Of a stretch of 64,000 bases of DNA, positions 38,097 through 45,857 are shown one piece after another. Each line of letters begins with the position of its first letter. Position 1 is the first letter of the stretch. Made by a program: the position numbers and the translations under genes. The DNA lies in assembly GCA_015068605.1 (NCBI GenBank), contig SVKF01000004.1, forward strand, positions 41,949-105,948, in the 5' to 3' direction. Origin of the DNA: Oscillospiraceae bacterium (GTDB lineage Bacteria; Bacillota; Clostridia; Monoglobales; Monoglobaceae). The notes below the pieces were generated by a model, which was not told the origin of the DNA, made no database searches, and saw nothing but the letters and a program-made list of their open reading frames with translations.

Positions 38097-38255
38097 TTAA
38101 ACCGAGCAGACCACCGCTTCAGGATTTAAAACACATCCGCACTTGGGGCAAAACTCGGGATATTCTTCAATCGGTGTACATAAAACACAGTTTAATACAT
38201 CAGGGTTATACATTTGGATGTTTGTTGACGCATATAATTCGCTGTCTTTTTTCAT
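38097..38255 (-). CDS. Candidate 52 aa Cys-rich small protein, below the ORF-track cutoff
   Basis: Manual translation: MKKDSELYASTNIQMYNPDVLNCVLCTPIEEYPEFCPKCGCVLNPEAVVCSV. CxxC...CxxCxC arrangement. The only SD-like AAGGAG is 16 nt upstream, which is weak. Confidence 0.3.
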   Translation of the reverse strand: MKKDSELYASTNIQMYNPDVLNCVLCTPIEEYPEFCPKCGCVLNPEAVVCSV

Positions 38256-38377
38256 TAATCAATAGCTTCGGCTCCTTTTCGTAATAAAATTCGACATTCG
38301 CTTTGCTCACTTTTTAATGTAAATCTTGTTGAAATATAAAAAAGTTCAACAATTTTCGCTAAAATCTTTGCAAAATG

Positions 38378-38406
38378 TTGATTGAAGCAATATTTTGTGA
38401 TATAAT
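38378..38406 (+). promoter_or_regulatory. Sigma-A promoter candidate for the 7TM-LuxR regulator gene
   Basis: TTGATT (38378-38383), 17 nt spacer ending in TG-A, TATAAT (38401-38406). Implies a leader of about 200 nt. Confidence 0.5.
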
Positions 38407-38484
38407 ATTTAAGACATCAAAAGATAAATATATATCTCTATATAATTTATACTTATATTTTATCTCTGATTTTAATAAAAGTCG

Positions 38485-38567
38485 CCACACTTTCAAAAGG
38501 TTTTAGTGTGGGATTTTCAAGTTTTTTTGTAAAAAGTGTGGGAAAAAGTGTGGGTTTTGGTGTTGGA
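38485..38567 (+). promoter_or_regulatory. Inverted plus tandem AGTGTGGG repeats in the regulator leader (operator or RNA-structure candidate)
   Basis: CCACACT (38485-38491) is inverted relative to AGTGTGG (38505-38511). AGTGTGGGA occurs at 38505-38513 and 38535-38543, AGTGTGGGT at 38547-38555, and a degenerate GGTGTTGG at 38559-38566. The last three sit in 12 bp register. Confidence 0.4.
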
Positions 38568-38615
38568 TGGTTCGGGGAGAAGAAAAAACGCCCTGTGTCC
38601 GAAGGAGAAAACATT

Positions 38616-39689
38616 ATGCATAAATTAAAATTTAATTTACTTGGTTTTTTATTGTTACCTCTCTTACTTTTATCCGGTTGCACCCCAATCGGAAACAAGA
38701 CTGCAAGTATGACAATTATATACATAGCGACCGCATTTTTATCTTTTTTGCTCTTGATAGGCTATTTTTTCAGTATAAAGAAAAAGGAAAATTGGTTTTA
38801 TGTGCTGTTTACATCTGTTCTTGTGGTAAATATTGGTTATATGATGCTGGCTATGTCCGATACATTGGATATAGCTCTTTGGGCAAACCGCATCGCATAT
38901 CTCGGTTCGGTATTCCTGCCGTTGTCTATGCTTAAAACCATACAAAAAATTTCTAAATTAAAGTATCCCAAATGGGTTAACGGTGTTTTAATAAGCATTT
39001 CTTCCGTTGTGTTTCTTATAGCAGCAAGTCCCGGATGGCTTGATATATATTATAAATCGGTAACACTTGAAACAATTGGCGGTGTCTCTGTTCTTAATAA
39101 AGAATATGGTTCTTGGCATATTATATACCTTTTCTACTTGCTTGGATATTTCACGATAATGATAGCAACAACCATATATGCTATTGTTAAAAAGAAAATA
39201 GAATCTACCTCTCACTCAATCATTATTTTAGTTGCGGTATTTGTAAACATACTTGTCTGGCTCACAGAACAGCTTGTCAGAATTGATTTTGAAATTCTAT
39301 CAATTTCATATATTATAACCGAGCTTTTCCTAATCAGTGTTTATCTTATGATTCAAAATCAGGAAAAGTTGATTGCGGCATTAAAAGCACAGACTGTAAC
39401 AACTTCTCAAACGGCAAGCTCTGATTTAAATAGAAATTCAAAAGAATTTGCCCTGCATTGTAAATTCATTGTAGAGCAACTGCCAAAGCTCACTCCGACG
39501 GAACGTTCTATTTATAATTGCTATCTTGACGGAAAATCCACAAAAGAAGTATTGTCTGAGCTTTCAATTATGGAAAATACATTGAAGTTTCATAACAAAA
39601 ACTTATACAGTAAGTTAGGCGTTACATCACGAAAACAACTCATCGAATATGCAAAAGCCATTCTCGCATCTGATGTCAAAGAGGATTAA
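38616..39689 (+). CDS. Membrane-bound one-component regulator: polytopic N-terminal domain plus C-terminal LuxR/GerE HTH
   Basis: About 7 predicted TM helices. C-terminal LTPTERSIYNCYLDGKSTKEVLSELSIMENTLKFHNKNLYSKLGV. AAGGAG lies 8 nt before the ATG at 38616. The track ORF from 38508 has no SD. Confidence 0.8.
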   Translation: MHKLKFNLLGFLLLPLLLLSGCTPIGNKTASMTIIYIATAFLSFLLLIGYFFSIKKKENWFYVLFTSVLVVNIGYMMLAMSDTLDIALWANRIAYLGSVFLPLSMLKTIQKISKLKYPKWVNGVLISISSVVFLIAASPGWLDIYYKSVTLETIGGVSVLNKEYGSWHIIYLFYLLGYFTIMIATTIYAIVKKKIESTSHSIIILVAVFVNILVWLTEQLVRIDFEILSISYIITELFLISVYLMIQNQEKLIAALKAQTVTTSQTASSDLNRNSKEFALHCKFIVEQLPKLTPTERSIYNCYLDGKSTKEVLSELSIMENTLKFHNKNLYSKLGVTSRKQLIEYAKAILASDVKED

Positions 39690-39765
39690 ATAAAATAAGT
39701 GATAAGATTTGGATATTAAACGGCTATGAATAACTGAATATATGATAAAAGAGGCTGTAGCCAAA

Positions 39766-39806
39766 GGCGGTGTTTAAAAAGTCATTTCGACTTCTCAAAC
39801 ACCGCC
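39766..39806. terminator. Hairpin of the GGCGGTGT...ACACCGCC family between convergent genes
   Basis: GGCGGTGTTTAAAAAGTC / GACTTCTCAAACACCGCC with two mismatches. Confidence 0.6.
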
Positions 39807-39825
39807 TTAGTTTTAAGAGGCTGTA

Positions 39826-39845
39826 GCAAAATGATTTCATTTTGC
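39826..39845. repeat. Second exact copy of the palindromic repeat GCAAAATGATTTCATTTTGC
   Basis: Identical to 4805-4824. Preceded by AAGAGGCTGTAGC (39815-39827), which also occurs at 39749-39761. Confidence 0.7.
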
Positions 39846-39856
39846 GCTGGTCCCCC

Positions 39857-40624
39857 TTATTCAACTTCAACAACCTCAACAGATTCTTCCTTAAAAATTT
39901 CAATCCATTTTTCGCTCGGTTTATAATCTGTTATAAAATAATTTATCTTTTCAAAAGGTAGGAGCTTTACGAAACCAACTCTACCGATTTTAGATTTGTC
40001 GCATATAAAGTATCTTTCCGTTGAGTTTTTTATCATTTTCTGCTTAATTGCACATTCCTGCTCATTGCTTTCAAGCACCCAAGTATCTTCTTCCATTATA
40101 CCTTTACTGCTGAAAAACATCTTGTTTGCAAAATAATTCTTCTCAATGGTGTCCTCAGCCAGGCTTCCGACAAACGACTGATTCTGACTTAAAAGTCCGC
40201 CAATTCCGATAACCTTAACATCCTTAAGACCGGAAAGCTCATTTATAACCCTGACAGAATTTGTTATAACCGTAACATTCTGCATTTTCTTGATTTCTTT
40301 CGCCATATAAAATGTGGTTGTGGAGGCATCAAGAAAAATCGTATCCCACGGTTTAACAAACTTAACAGCCTCTTTAGCAAGCTTCTCTTTTGCGGTTATA
40401 TTTGTGTTTTTACGCTTTTCCAAGGAAAGTTCATAGTCATTTTCGTCAACAGGAACAGCACCGCCGTGAGTTCTGATTAAAACTTCCTGTTTTTCAAGCT
40501 TTTCAAGGTCTCGTCTTATGGTTTCTTCCGTAACATCAAGCTCCTCACTCAATTTACTTACCAAAACCGAACCGTCAGCGTTAAGAATTTCAAGTATCCT
40601 TTTCTGGCGTTCCAAAGCTAACAT
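39857..40624 (-). CDS. DeoR-family transcriptional regulator (last gene of the BMC locus)
   Basis: N-terminal winged HTH (RQKRILEILNADGSVLVSKLSEELDVTEETIRRDLEKLE) plus a DeoR C-terminal sugar-binding domain. Confidence 0.9.
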   Translation of the reverse strand: MLALERQKRILEILNADGSVLVSKLSEELDVTEETIRRDLEKLEKQEVLIRTHGGAVPVDENDYELSLEKRKNTNITAKEKLAKEAVKFVKPWDTIFLDASTTTFYMAKEIKKMQNVTVITNSVRVINELSGLKDVKVIGIGGLLSQNQSFVGSLAEDTIEKNYFANKMFFSSKGIMEEDTWVLESNEQECAIKQKMIKNSTERYFICDKSKIGRVGFVKLLPFEKINYFITDYKPSEKWIEIFKEESVEVVEVE

Positions 40625-40652
40625 ATAATCACCTTTTCAATCCCTTATAAAA

Positions 40653-41291
40653 CTATTTTTTCTTAATTATGCGAACCAATGCTCCGTTTTTAAGCCCTGT
40701 TGAATTTGCATCATCTGTGTCTATATGCATTTCGACATTAAAGTCGTCACGGACTCTCACCTGAACATCATAGAAAAGAGTCGGTTTAACACCTTCAACT
40801 TCAACATCCACATAATCGTTATCATTAATGCCGTGTGCCTTCGCATATTCAGGTGTTAAATGAATGTGTCTGTTGGCAATAATAACCCCTTCTTTAAGAT
40901 AGACACTACCCTTAGGACCGACAACGACAATTCTCTCTGACCCTTTAATATTTCCTGACGGTCTAACAGGAGGGCTAACCTTTAAAATAAAAGTATCTGT
41001 CTTTGAAATTTCAACCTGAGTATCTTTTCTGACAGGACCTAAAACTCTGACATTTTCAATAGATTTAAGAGATTTTCCAACTAAAGTTACCACCTCTTCA
41101 GATGCAAATTCTCTGCCCATAAGATATTTTTTCACTGTCAGTTCATAGCCTTTTCCGAAAAGAATATCGAGATCTTCTCTTGACAAATGAATATGTCTCT
41201 GAGAAACACCTATTTTTATTTTATCTTTATTTTCATTATAATCAGCAAGTGCCTGTTTTACAGCCGCTTCGATTTCCTTTACATCGTACAT
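40653..41291 (-). CDS. pduL: Phosphate propanoyltransferase (PduL type)
   Basis: Duplicated PduL motifs GVSQRHIHLS and ANRHIHLTPE. Start chosen at MYDVKEIEAAV (41291). Confidence 0.9.
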   Translation of the reverse strand: MYDVKEIEAAVKQALADYNENKDKIKIGVSQRHIHLSREDLDILFGKGYELTVKKYLMGREFASEEVVTLVGKSLKSIENVRVLGPVRKDTQVEISKTDTFILKVSPPVRPSGNIKGSERIVVVGPKGSVYLKEGVIIANRHIHLTPEYAKAHGINDNDYVDVEVEGVKPTLFYDVQVRVRDDFNVEMHIDTDDANSTGLKNGALVRIIKKK

Positions 41292-41310
41292 AAAACCCCT
41301 CGCTTTCCGA

Positions 41311-41961
41311 TTATTCCGCAATATCTACATCAAAGTCAAAGAACTTCGTAACCTCGCTGTGAGGTCTTGCGATAACTGCGTCACCATATATTCCGCCAAG
41401 GACTGATGCTGCCGCTTTTCCGTTTTCAACAGCTGCAGTAACCGCAGAAACTGTTCCCGTTATAATAATTGTAACCAATCTTCCGCCAAGTCTTTTTTCT
41501 GTATGAACAAGTCTTACATCGGCAGACTTAAGCATATTATCAAGACCTTCGATTGATGCAACAAGTCCCGAAACCTCTAAAAGACCTATTGCCTGAGTTG
41601 ACTTATCTTCAATTTCCATACCATAGAAGGATTTAGGAAGCTTTTTGTTATACTTATCCTTATTAATATCCATAAGGTATCCCATTTTTTCCATATCCTC
41701 ACCTGGATTTGCAATTATGTGGGAAACAATATATTTTCCATCTCTTTTCGCAAGTTCCGCTCCTGCGTCAACAGCAGAGCGAACCGAGGACACATCTCCC
41801 TCAACCTTAACAACCATAACCAAAGGAGCCGGAACATCCGCACTGACAGGTCTTGTTCTGTCAAATGCAATAACTTTAACATCCGAGGTTTTTGCACACA
41901 AATCCGCAACCTGAACCGCAGTTGTAAAGCTGTAAACCTCTATCATTCCTAATGCTTTCAT
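41311..41961 (-). CDS. BMC-T shell protein (tandem BMC domains)
   Basis: Two BMC domains: MKALGMIEVYSFTTAVQVAD... and QAIGLLEVSGLVASIEGLDNMLKSADV... Confidence 0.85.
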   Translation of the reverse strand: MKALGMIEVYSFTTAVQVADLCAKTSDVKVIAFDRTRPVSADVPAPLVMVVKVEGDVSSVRSAVDAGAELAKRDGKYIVSHIIANPGEDMEKMGYLMDINKDKYNKKLPKSFYGMEIEDKSTQAIGLLEVSGLVASIEGLDNMLKSADVRLVHTEKRLGGRLVTIIITGTVSAVTAAVENGKAAASVLGGIYGDAVIARPHSEVTKFFDFDVDIAE

Positions 41962-41980
41962 ATTTTTCTCCCTGCCTTAA

Positions 41981-43372
41981 TTAAATGATATGCAACGCTT
42001 CAACCATAACACATCTTCTCTGTCTTGTAAACGAACGGGCTGAAGTTAAGCCTTCGCCTGTCGGGCCTGCAATAGTAAAGGTTGTGTGTGCCTCACCGCC
42101 AACACCGATACCTGCATAAGACGGTGCATTCTTAACAAAGATAGTTGTTTCAACCGCTTTTGCAAATTTTGTTATATTATCAATATTCTTTGAATGGATA
42201 TGCGCAGAGTGTCTGTTACCGTGTTCTGCCTTTGTAGCAAGTTCAATAGCCGTATCAACATCTTTGACCCTAACAATCGGCAAAATCGGCATCATAAGCT
42301 CTTCCTGAACAAACGGATGGTCAAAATCAGTTTCACAGATTATAAGTCTCGGGTCTGCATCAATTCCCAATTCCTTAAGGAACTTTTTAGCATCTCTTCC
42401 GACAAACTTTTTATTTATTCCAAGCTTGCCTTTATTCTCAACGAGAGCAATTTTAACAAGCTCATCAATCTGCTTTCCTTTTATAAGATAAGCGCCGTTC
42501 TGAGTCATATGATAAATAAGCTCATCTGCAATGCTGTCAACTGCAAAACATTCTTTTTCAGCGATACACGGAAGGTTATTATCAAAGCTTGCGCCAAGAA
42601 CAATATCTCGTCCTGCCTTTTCAACATCTGCAGTTTTGTCAACAATAACAGGAGGATTTCCTGCCCCTGCACCGATAGCCTTTTTGCCTGATGACAAGAG
42701 AGCCTTAACAACTCCGGGTCCGCCCGTTGCAACAAGCATTTTAACGGCCGGTGCTGACATCATTTCCTTTGTCGAATCCATTGTTGGGTTTGCGACAGAA
42801 ACAACTAAATTTTCAGGACCGCCTGCTTCAAGTATTGCACGGTTTACCATATCAACTGCATAATTTGATGTTTTCTTAGCGTTTGGATGAGGATTGAAAA
42901 CAACCGCATTTCCGCCTGCAATCATACCGATTGTGTTACAGATAACAGTTTCACTTGGGTTAGTTGACGGAGTTATACTTCCGATAACACCAAAGGGAGC
43001 CATTTCAACAAGAGTCAGCCCTGCATCGCCTGAATATGCTCTTGTATCAAGGTCTTCAGTTCCGGGAGTTTTTGCCGCAACGACCTGATGTTTCATAATT
43101 TTATCGGTCACTCTGCCCATTCCCGTTTCTTCAACACCAAGCTTTGCAAGATTTTCAGCCTCAGCATAGGTAAACTCTCTGATTTTTGAAATCATCTGTT
43201 CTCTCTGTTCTATCGTGTATTTTCTGAACTGTGTGTAGGCTTTGCCAACGGCCTCTAAAGCCTCCTCCATTGTTTCAAAAACACCTTTCTGTTTTTTTAT
43301 TGTTTCGGTTTCCCTTGTATCCCTTAAAACCTTTTCAACAATCTCTGCAATGTATTTTTCATTAATTTCCAT
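41981..43372 (-). CDS. pduP: CoA-acylating aldehyde dehydrogenase (PduP/EutE family)
   Basis: About 463 aa. Catalytic NNLPCIAEKE. N-terminal amphipathic EKYIAEIVEKVL encapsulation-peptide-like helix. Confidence 0.9.
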   Translation of the reverse strand: MEINEKYIAEIVEKVLRDTRETETIKKQKGVFETMEEALEAVGKAYTQFRKYTIEQREQMISKIREFTYAEAENLAKLGVEETGMGRVTDKIMKHQVVAAKTPGTEDLDTRAYSGDAGLTLVEMAPFGVIGSITPSTNPSETVICNTIGMIAGGNAVVFNPHPNAKKTSNYAVDMVNRAILEAGGPENLVVSVANPTMDSTKEMMSAPAVKMLVATGGPGVVKALLSSGKKAIGAGAGNPPVIVDKTADVEKAGRDIVLGASFDNNLPCIAEKECFAVDSIADELIYHMTQNGAYLIKGKQIDELVKIALVENKGKLGINKKFVGRDAKKFLKELGIDADPRLIICETDFDHPFVQEELMMPILPIVRVKDVDTAIELATKAEHGNRHSAHIHSKNIDNITKFAKAVETTIFVKNAPSYAGIGVGGEAHTTFTIAGPTGEGLTSARSFTRQRRCVMVEALHII

Positions 43373-43396
43373 TTTAGAATGCCTCCGTTTCGATTA

Positions 43397-43612
43397 TTAA
43401 AACAAGTATATTTCCATATCACGGTCTGATTTCTTTTTTCGACCGCCATTTAAGTCATCCTTTATAAGGCTGTTTATGTAAGCATTTATACTCATATTGA
43501 GAGAAGTCGCTCTCTCCCTAATCATTTCTTTTTCACCTTTGTTAACCGTCACATTTATTCTGTCATAATTCTCAAGGTTATATTTGTTTTTATATGCCGT
43601 TTTCCCTGCCAT
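43397..43612 (-). CDS. Small ribbon-helix-helix (Arc/CopG-like) protein embedded in the BMC operon
   Basis: 71 aa. YDRINVTVNKGEKEMIRERATSLNMSINAYINSLIKDDL fits a beta-strand, helix, helix pattern. AAGGAGG lies 7 nt before the ATG. Tightly packed between pduT and pduP. Confidence 0.6.
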   Translation of the reverse strand: MAGKTAYKNKYNLENYDRINVTVNKGEKEMIRERATSLNMSINAYINSLIKDDLNGGRKKKSDRDMEIYLF

Positions 43613-43624
43613 AAAAACTCCTCC

Positions 43625-44173
43625 TTAAAGAATTGTTTCCCAGAGCTTACTGTCAGGGTTTGCAATAATGGAGCTATCGAGGAAGAAGCCTGTATCTCCA
43701 ACAACTTCCTTCGCTCTTTCAATCGCCGCAGAAACCGCCGCAATTTCGCCTGTTATAAACATATAGGATTTTCCGCACATTCCTCTTGCAATTCTAAGCT
43801 CAATCAAGTCAACCAAAGAGGTTTTCGCCGCTGTGTCTGCTGCAACGATTATTGACGGAGCAGAATACGTTTCTAAAATTCCGAGAGCTTTGGTATTCTC
43901 AACCTCCGCAGTTCCGTATATTGCAGGGAAAATCGCTTCGTGAGGATTTCCGAGAACAAAGCTGTCTGACATCATTTCAGGGCTTACATTTCCTGCCGAA
44001 TCAACTGCCGCACGAACAGCACTGAGTTCACCCGTTATTATAACGATATATTTTCCGGGGCAGACTGTCTGAGCCTCAATAATATCAATTTCTGCGGTTT
44101 TAACCATTGTATCAGCCGCCATAACACCGGTTGAAACTGTTTTGAATTCAACCATTCCTATTGCCTTTCCCAT
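43625..44173 (-). CDS. pduT: BMC-T shell protein, PduT-like (Fe-S pore type)
   Basis: 182 aa tandem BMC. The TVCPGKYIVIITGE motif corresponds to the ICPGKF cluster-ligand motif of Salmonella PduT, recalled from memory. Confidence 0.85.
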   Translation of the reverse strand: MGKAIGMVEFKTVSTGVMAADTMVKTAEIDIIEAQTVCPGKYIVIITGELSAVRAAVDSAGNVSPEMMSDSFVLGNPHEAIFPAIYGTAEVENTKALGILETYSAPSIIVAADTAAKTSLVDLIELRIARGMCGKSYMFITGEIAAVSAAIERAKEVVGDTGFFLDSSIIANPDSKLWETIL

Positions 44174-44185
44174 AATTTCCTCCTA

Positions 44186-45514
44186 TTACGCTCTGACAAG
44201 AATAAACTTATCTGTAATTTCAAGAATTTTTCCGCCGCAAGGTGAATGAAGTGAAACCCCAAGTCCGCTTTTGCTGTGCTTTGCAATAAGCTGACCCATT
44301 TCAATTTTATCGCCTTTTTTAACAACCGCCTCTGCAGGAGCACCTATCCCCTGAGAGAGCATTATTTTATATTCCTTAACCTTAACCTCTGTGTCTATCA
44401 AAGGTGCTTCTTTGTCGTATCTTTTTAGCCCCAGTCTTGAAACGAGTCGTTTCATGGGGACTTTTCTGTAATCTCGTTCTTTTCTCACTCCATCTGTTTT
44501 TATATCTGACGGAATTTTAACGCCGTTTTTCCGAAGTTCGTCCTTGCACACCGCCATTAAGCTTTTCGGCGCAAGTCCCTGAGTACAGGAGAACATTTCG
44601 CAAAGTCCGCACTGAGAACAAAACATTGTATTTATATATGAATTTGTATCGGTATAAATTCCGCTTGTTGCATTTCGCATAAAAAGGTGTGGCTCAATGG
44701 GATGTCCTAATAAATATCTCGGACACATATCAGTACACATCTGACACTGACAACAAGACGCCATAGCTCTTTTCATATCAACCGACACATTGGATTTTCG
44801 TTTTTGAATAACATAATGGTCATTTGGCAGAACCAAAATCGCATTAGTTGTTTTTGTTATAACATCATTGGGATTAACAAGTCTTCCCGTCATTGGTCCA
44901 CCCATAATATAAGCAGGGTTTTCACACAAAGCGCCACCTGACATTTTAACAATATCCGACACCTTGCAACCAACAGGAACTCTTAGAGTTATCCCTTTTT
45001 CTACATCTCCCGTAACAGTTACATACTTATGAGTTACCGGAGCATTGTTATTAACGGCATTCCAGATATTATAAACCGTCTCAACATTAAAAACAGTAAC
45101 CCCAACAGAAATTGGAATTTGTCCCGGCGGAACAACCCTTCCCGTTGTTTCATAAATGGTAACAACCTCGTCCCCCGCAGGATAAATTTCGGGGAGATAT
45201 TTAATTTTTATATTTTCAAAAGCATCAAGATACGACCCAACACTTTCAACCGCATCCTTATAGCTCTTTTTTATCGCAATAATAATATTATCAGCCTTGA
45301 CAGTCTCTCCTATAAGCTTAAGAGTTGACATAATCTCATAAGCGAATTTTTCAAGGAGCTGTCTGTGGAGCTTAAGCAACGGCTCACATTCCGCACAGTT
45401 TAATATAATCGTATCTGCTTTGGAATTAAGCTTTGCATAAGACGGAAAACCGGCACCGCCGCTTCCCACAACTCCGCATTCTCTGATAATTTTTGCAAGC
45501 TCTTCGATTTGCAT
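44186..45514 (-). CDS. pduS: PduS-like flavin / Fe-S oxidoreductase (RnfC/NuoF-like)
   Basis: GSGGAGFPSYAK. Two 4Fe-4S ferredoxin motifs (CCQCQMCTDMCP and CSQCGLCEMFSC). Confidence 0.85.
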   Translation of the reverse strand: MQIEELAKIIRECGVVGSGGAGFPSYAKLNSKADTIILNCAECEPLLKLHRQLLEKFAYEIMSTLKLIGETVKADNIIIAIKKSYKDAVESVGSYLDAFENIKIKYLPEIYPAGDEVVTIYETTGRVVPPGQIPISVGVTVFNVETVYNIWNAVNNNAPVTHKYVTVTGDVEKGITLRVPVGCKVSDIVKMSGGALCENPAYIMGGPMTGRLVNPNDVITKTTNAILVLPNDHYVIQKRKSNVSVDMKRAMASCCQCQMCTDMCPRYLLGHPIEPHLFMRNATSGIYTDTNSYINTMFCSQCGLCEMFSCTQGLAPKSLMAVCKDELRKNGVKIPSDIKTDGVRKERDYRKVPMKRLVSRLGLKRYDKEAPLIDTEVKVKEYKIMLSQGIGAPAEAVVKKGDKIEMGQLIAKHSKSGLGVSLHSPCGGKILEITDKFILVRA

Positions 45515-45521
45515 ATACTAT

Positions 45522-45794
45522 CTACTCCAGTTCACCGGGATCATCAACTATACCCACAATAGCCGCATCAACAGGGGAATTATCCATGTCGCAGCCAATT
45601 CTTGCCGCACTTCCGCAGGCAACCAAAACAACCTCTCCGATACCTGCACCAACATTGTCAATAGCAACTATTTTACTATTGCAGTCCATACATTTAAGAG
45701 GCTCAACAACTAAAAACTTATTTCCAATAAGATTTGGATTTTTTCGTGTGGAAACAATACTTCCTGTAACTTTTCCGATAATCACTAACTTCAC
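45522..45794 (-). CDS. pduN: BMC-P pentameric vertex protein (EutN/PduN/CcmL family)
   Basis: 90 aa. MKLVIIGKVTGSIVSTRKNPNLIGNKFLVVEPL. Confidence 0.9.
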   Translation of the reverse strand: MKLVIIGKVTGSIVSTRKNPNLIGNKFLVVEPLKCMDCNSKIVAIDNVGAGIGEVVLVACGSAARIGCDMDNSPVDAAIVGIVDDPGELE

Positions 45795-45816
45795 CGCCGA
45801 TTCATTAAAGTTTTCG

Positions 45817-45844
45817 TTTACGGGCGGAATAAACCGCCCGTAAA
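45817..45844 (-). promoter_or_regulatory. GC-rich intercistronic stem-loop between the BMC-H and BMC-P genes
   Basis: 11 bp perfect stem TTTACGGGCGG (45817-45827) / CCGCCCGTAAA (45834-45844), 6 nt loop, no U-run. Confidence 0.5.
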
Positions 45845-45857
45845 CCTTTAAGTCAAA

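Noticed and set aside
38027-38284. 85 aa plus-strand ORF in the gap between the regulator and the surface operon
   Set aside because: It has no SD and a hydrophobic low-complexity product. It overlaps the two minus-strand small ORFs, which at least have start/SD context and Cys patterning. Those are themselves only low-confidence calls.
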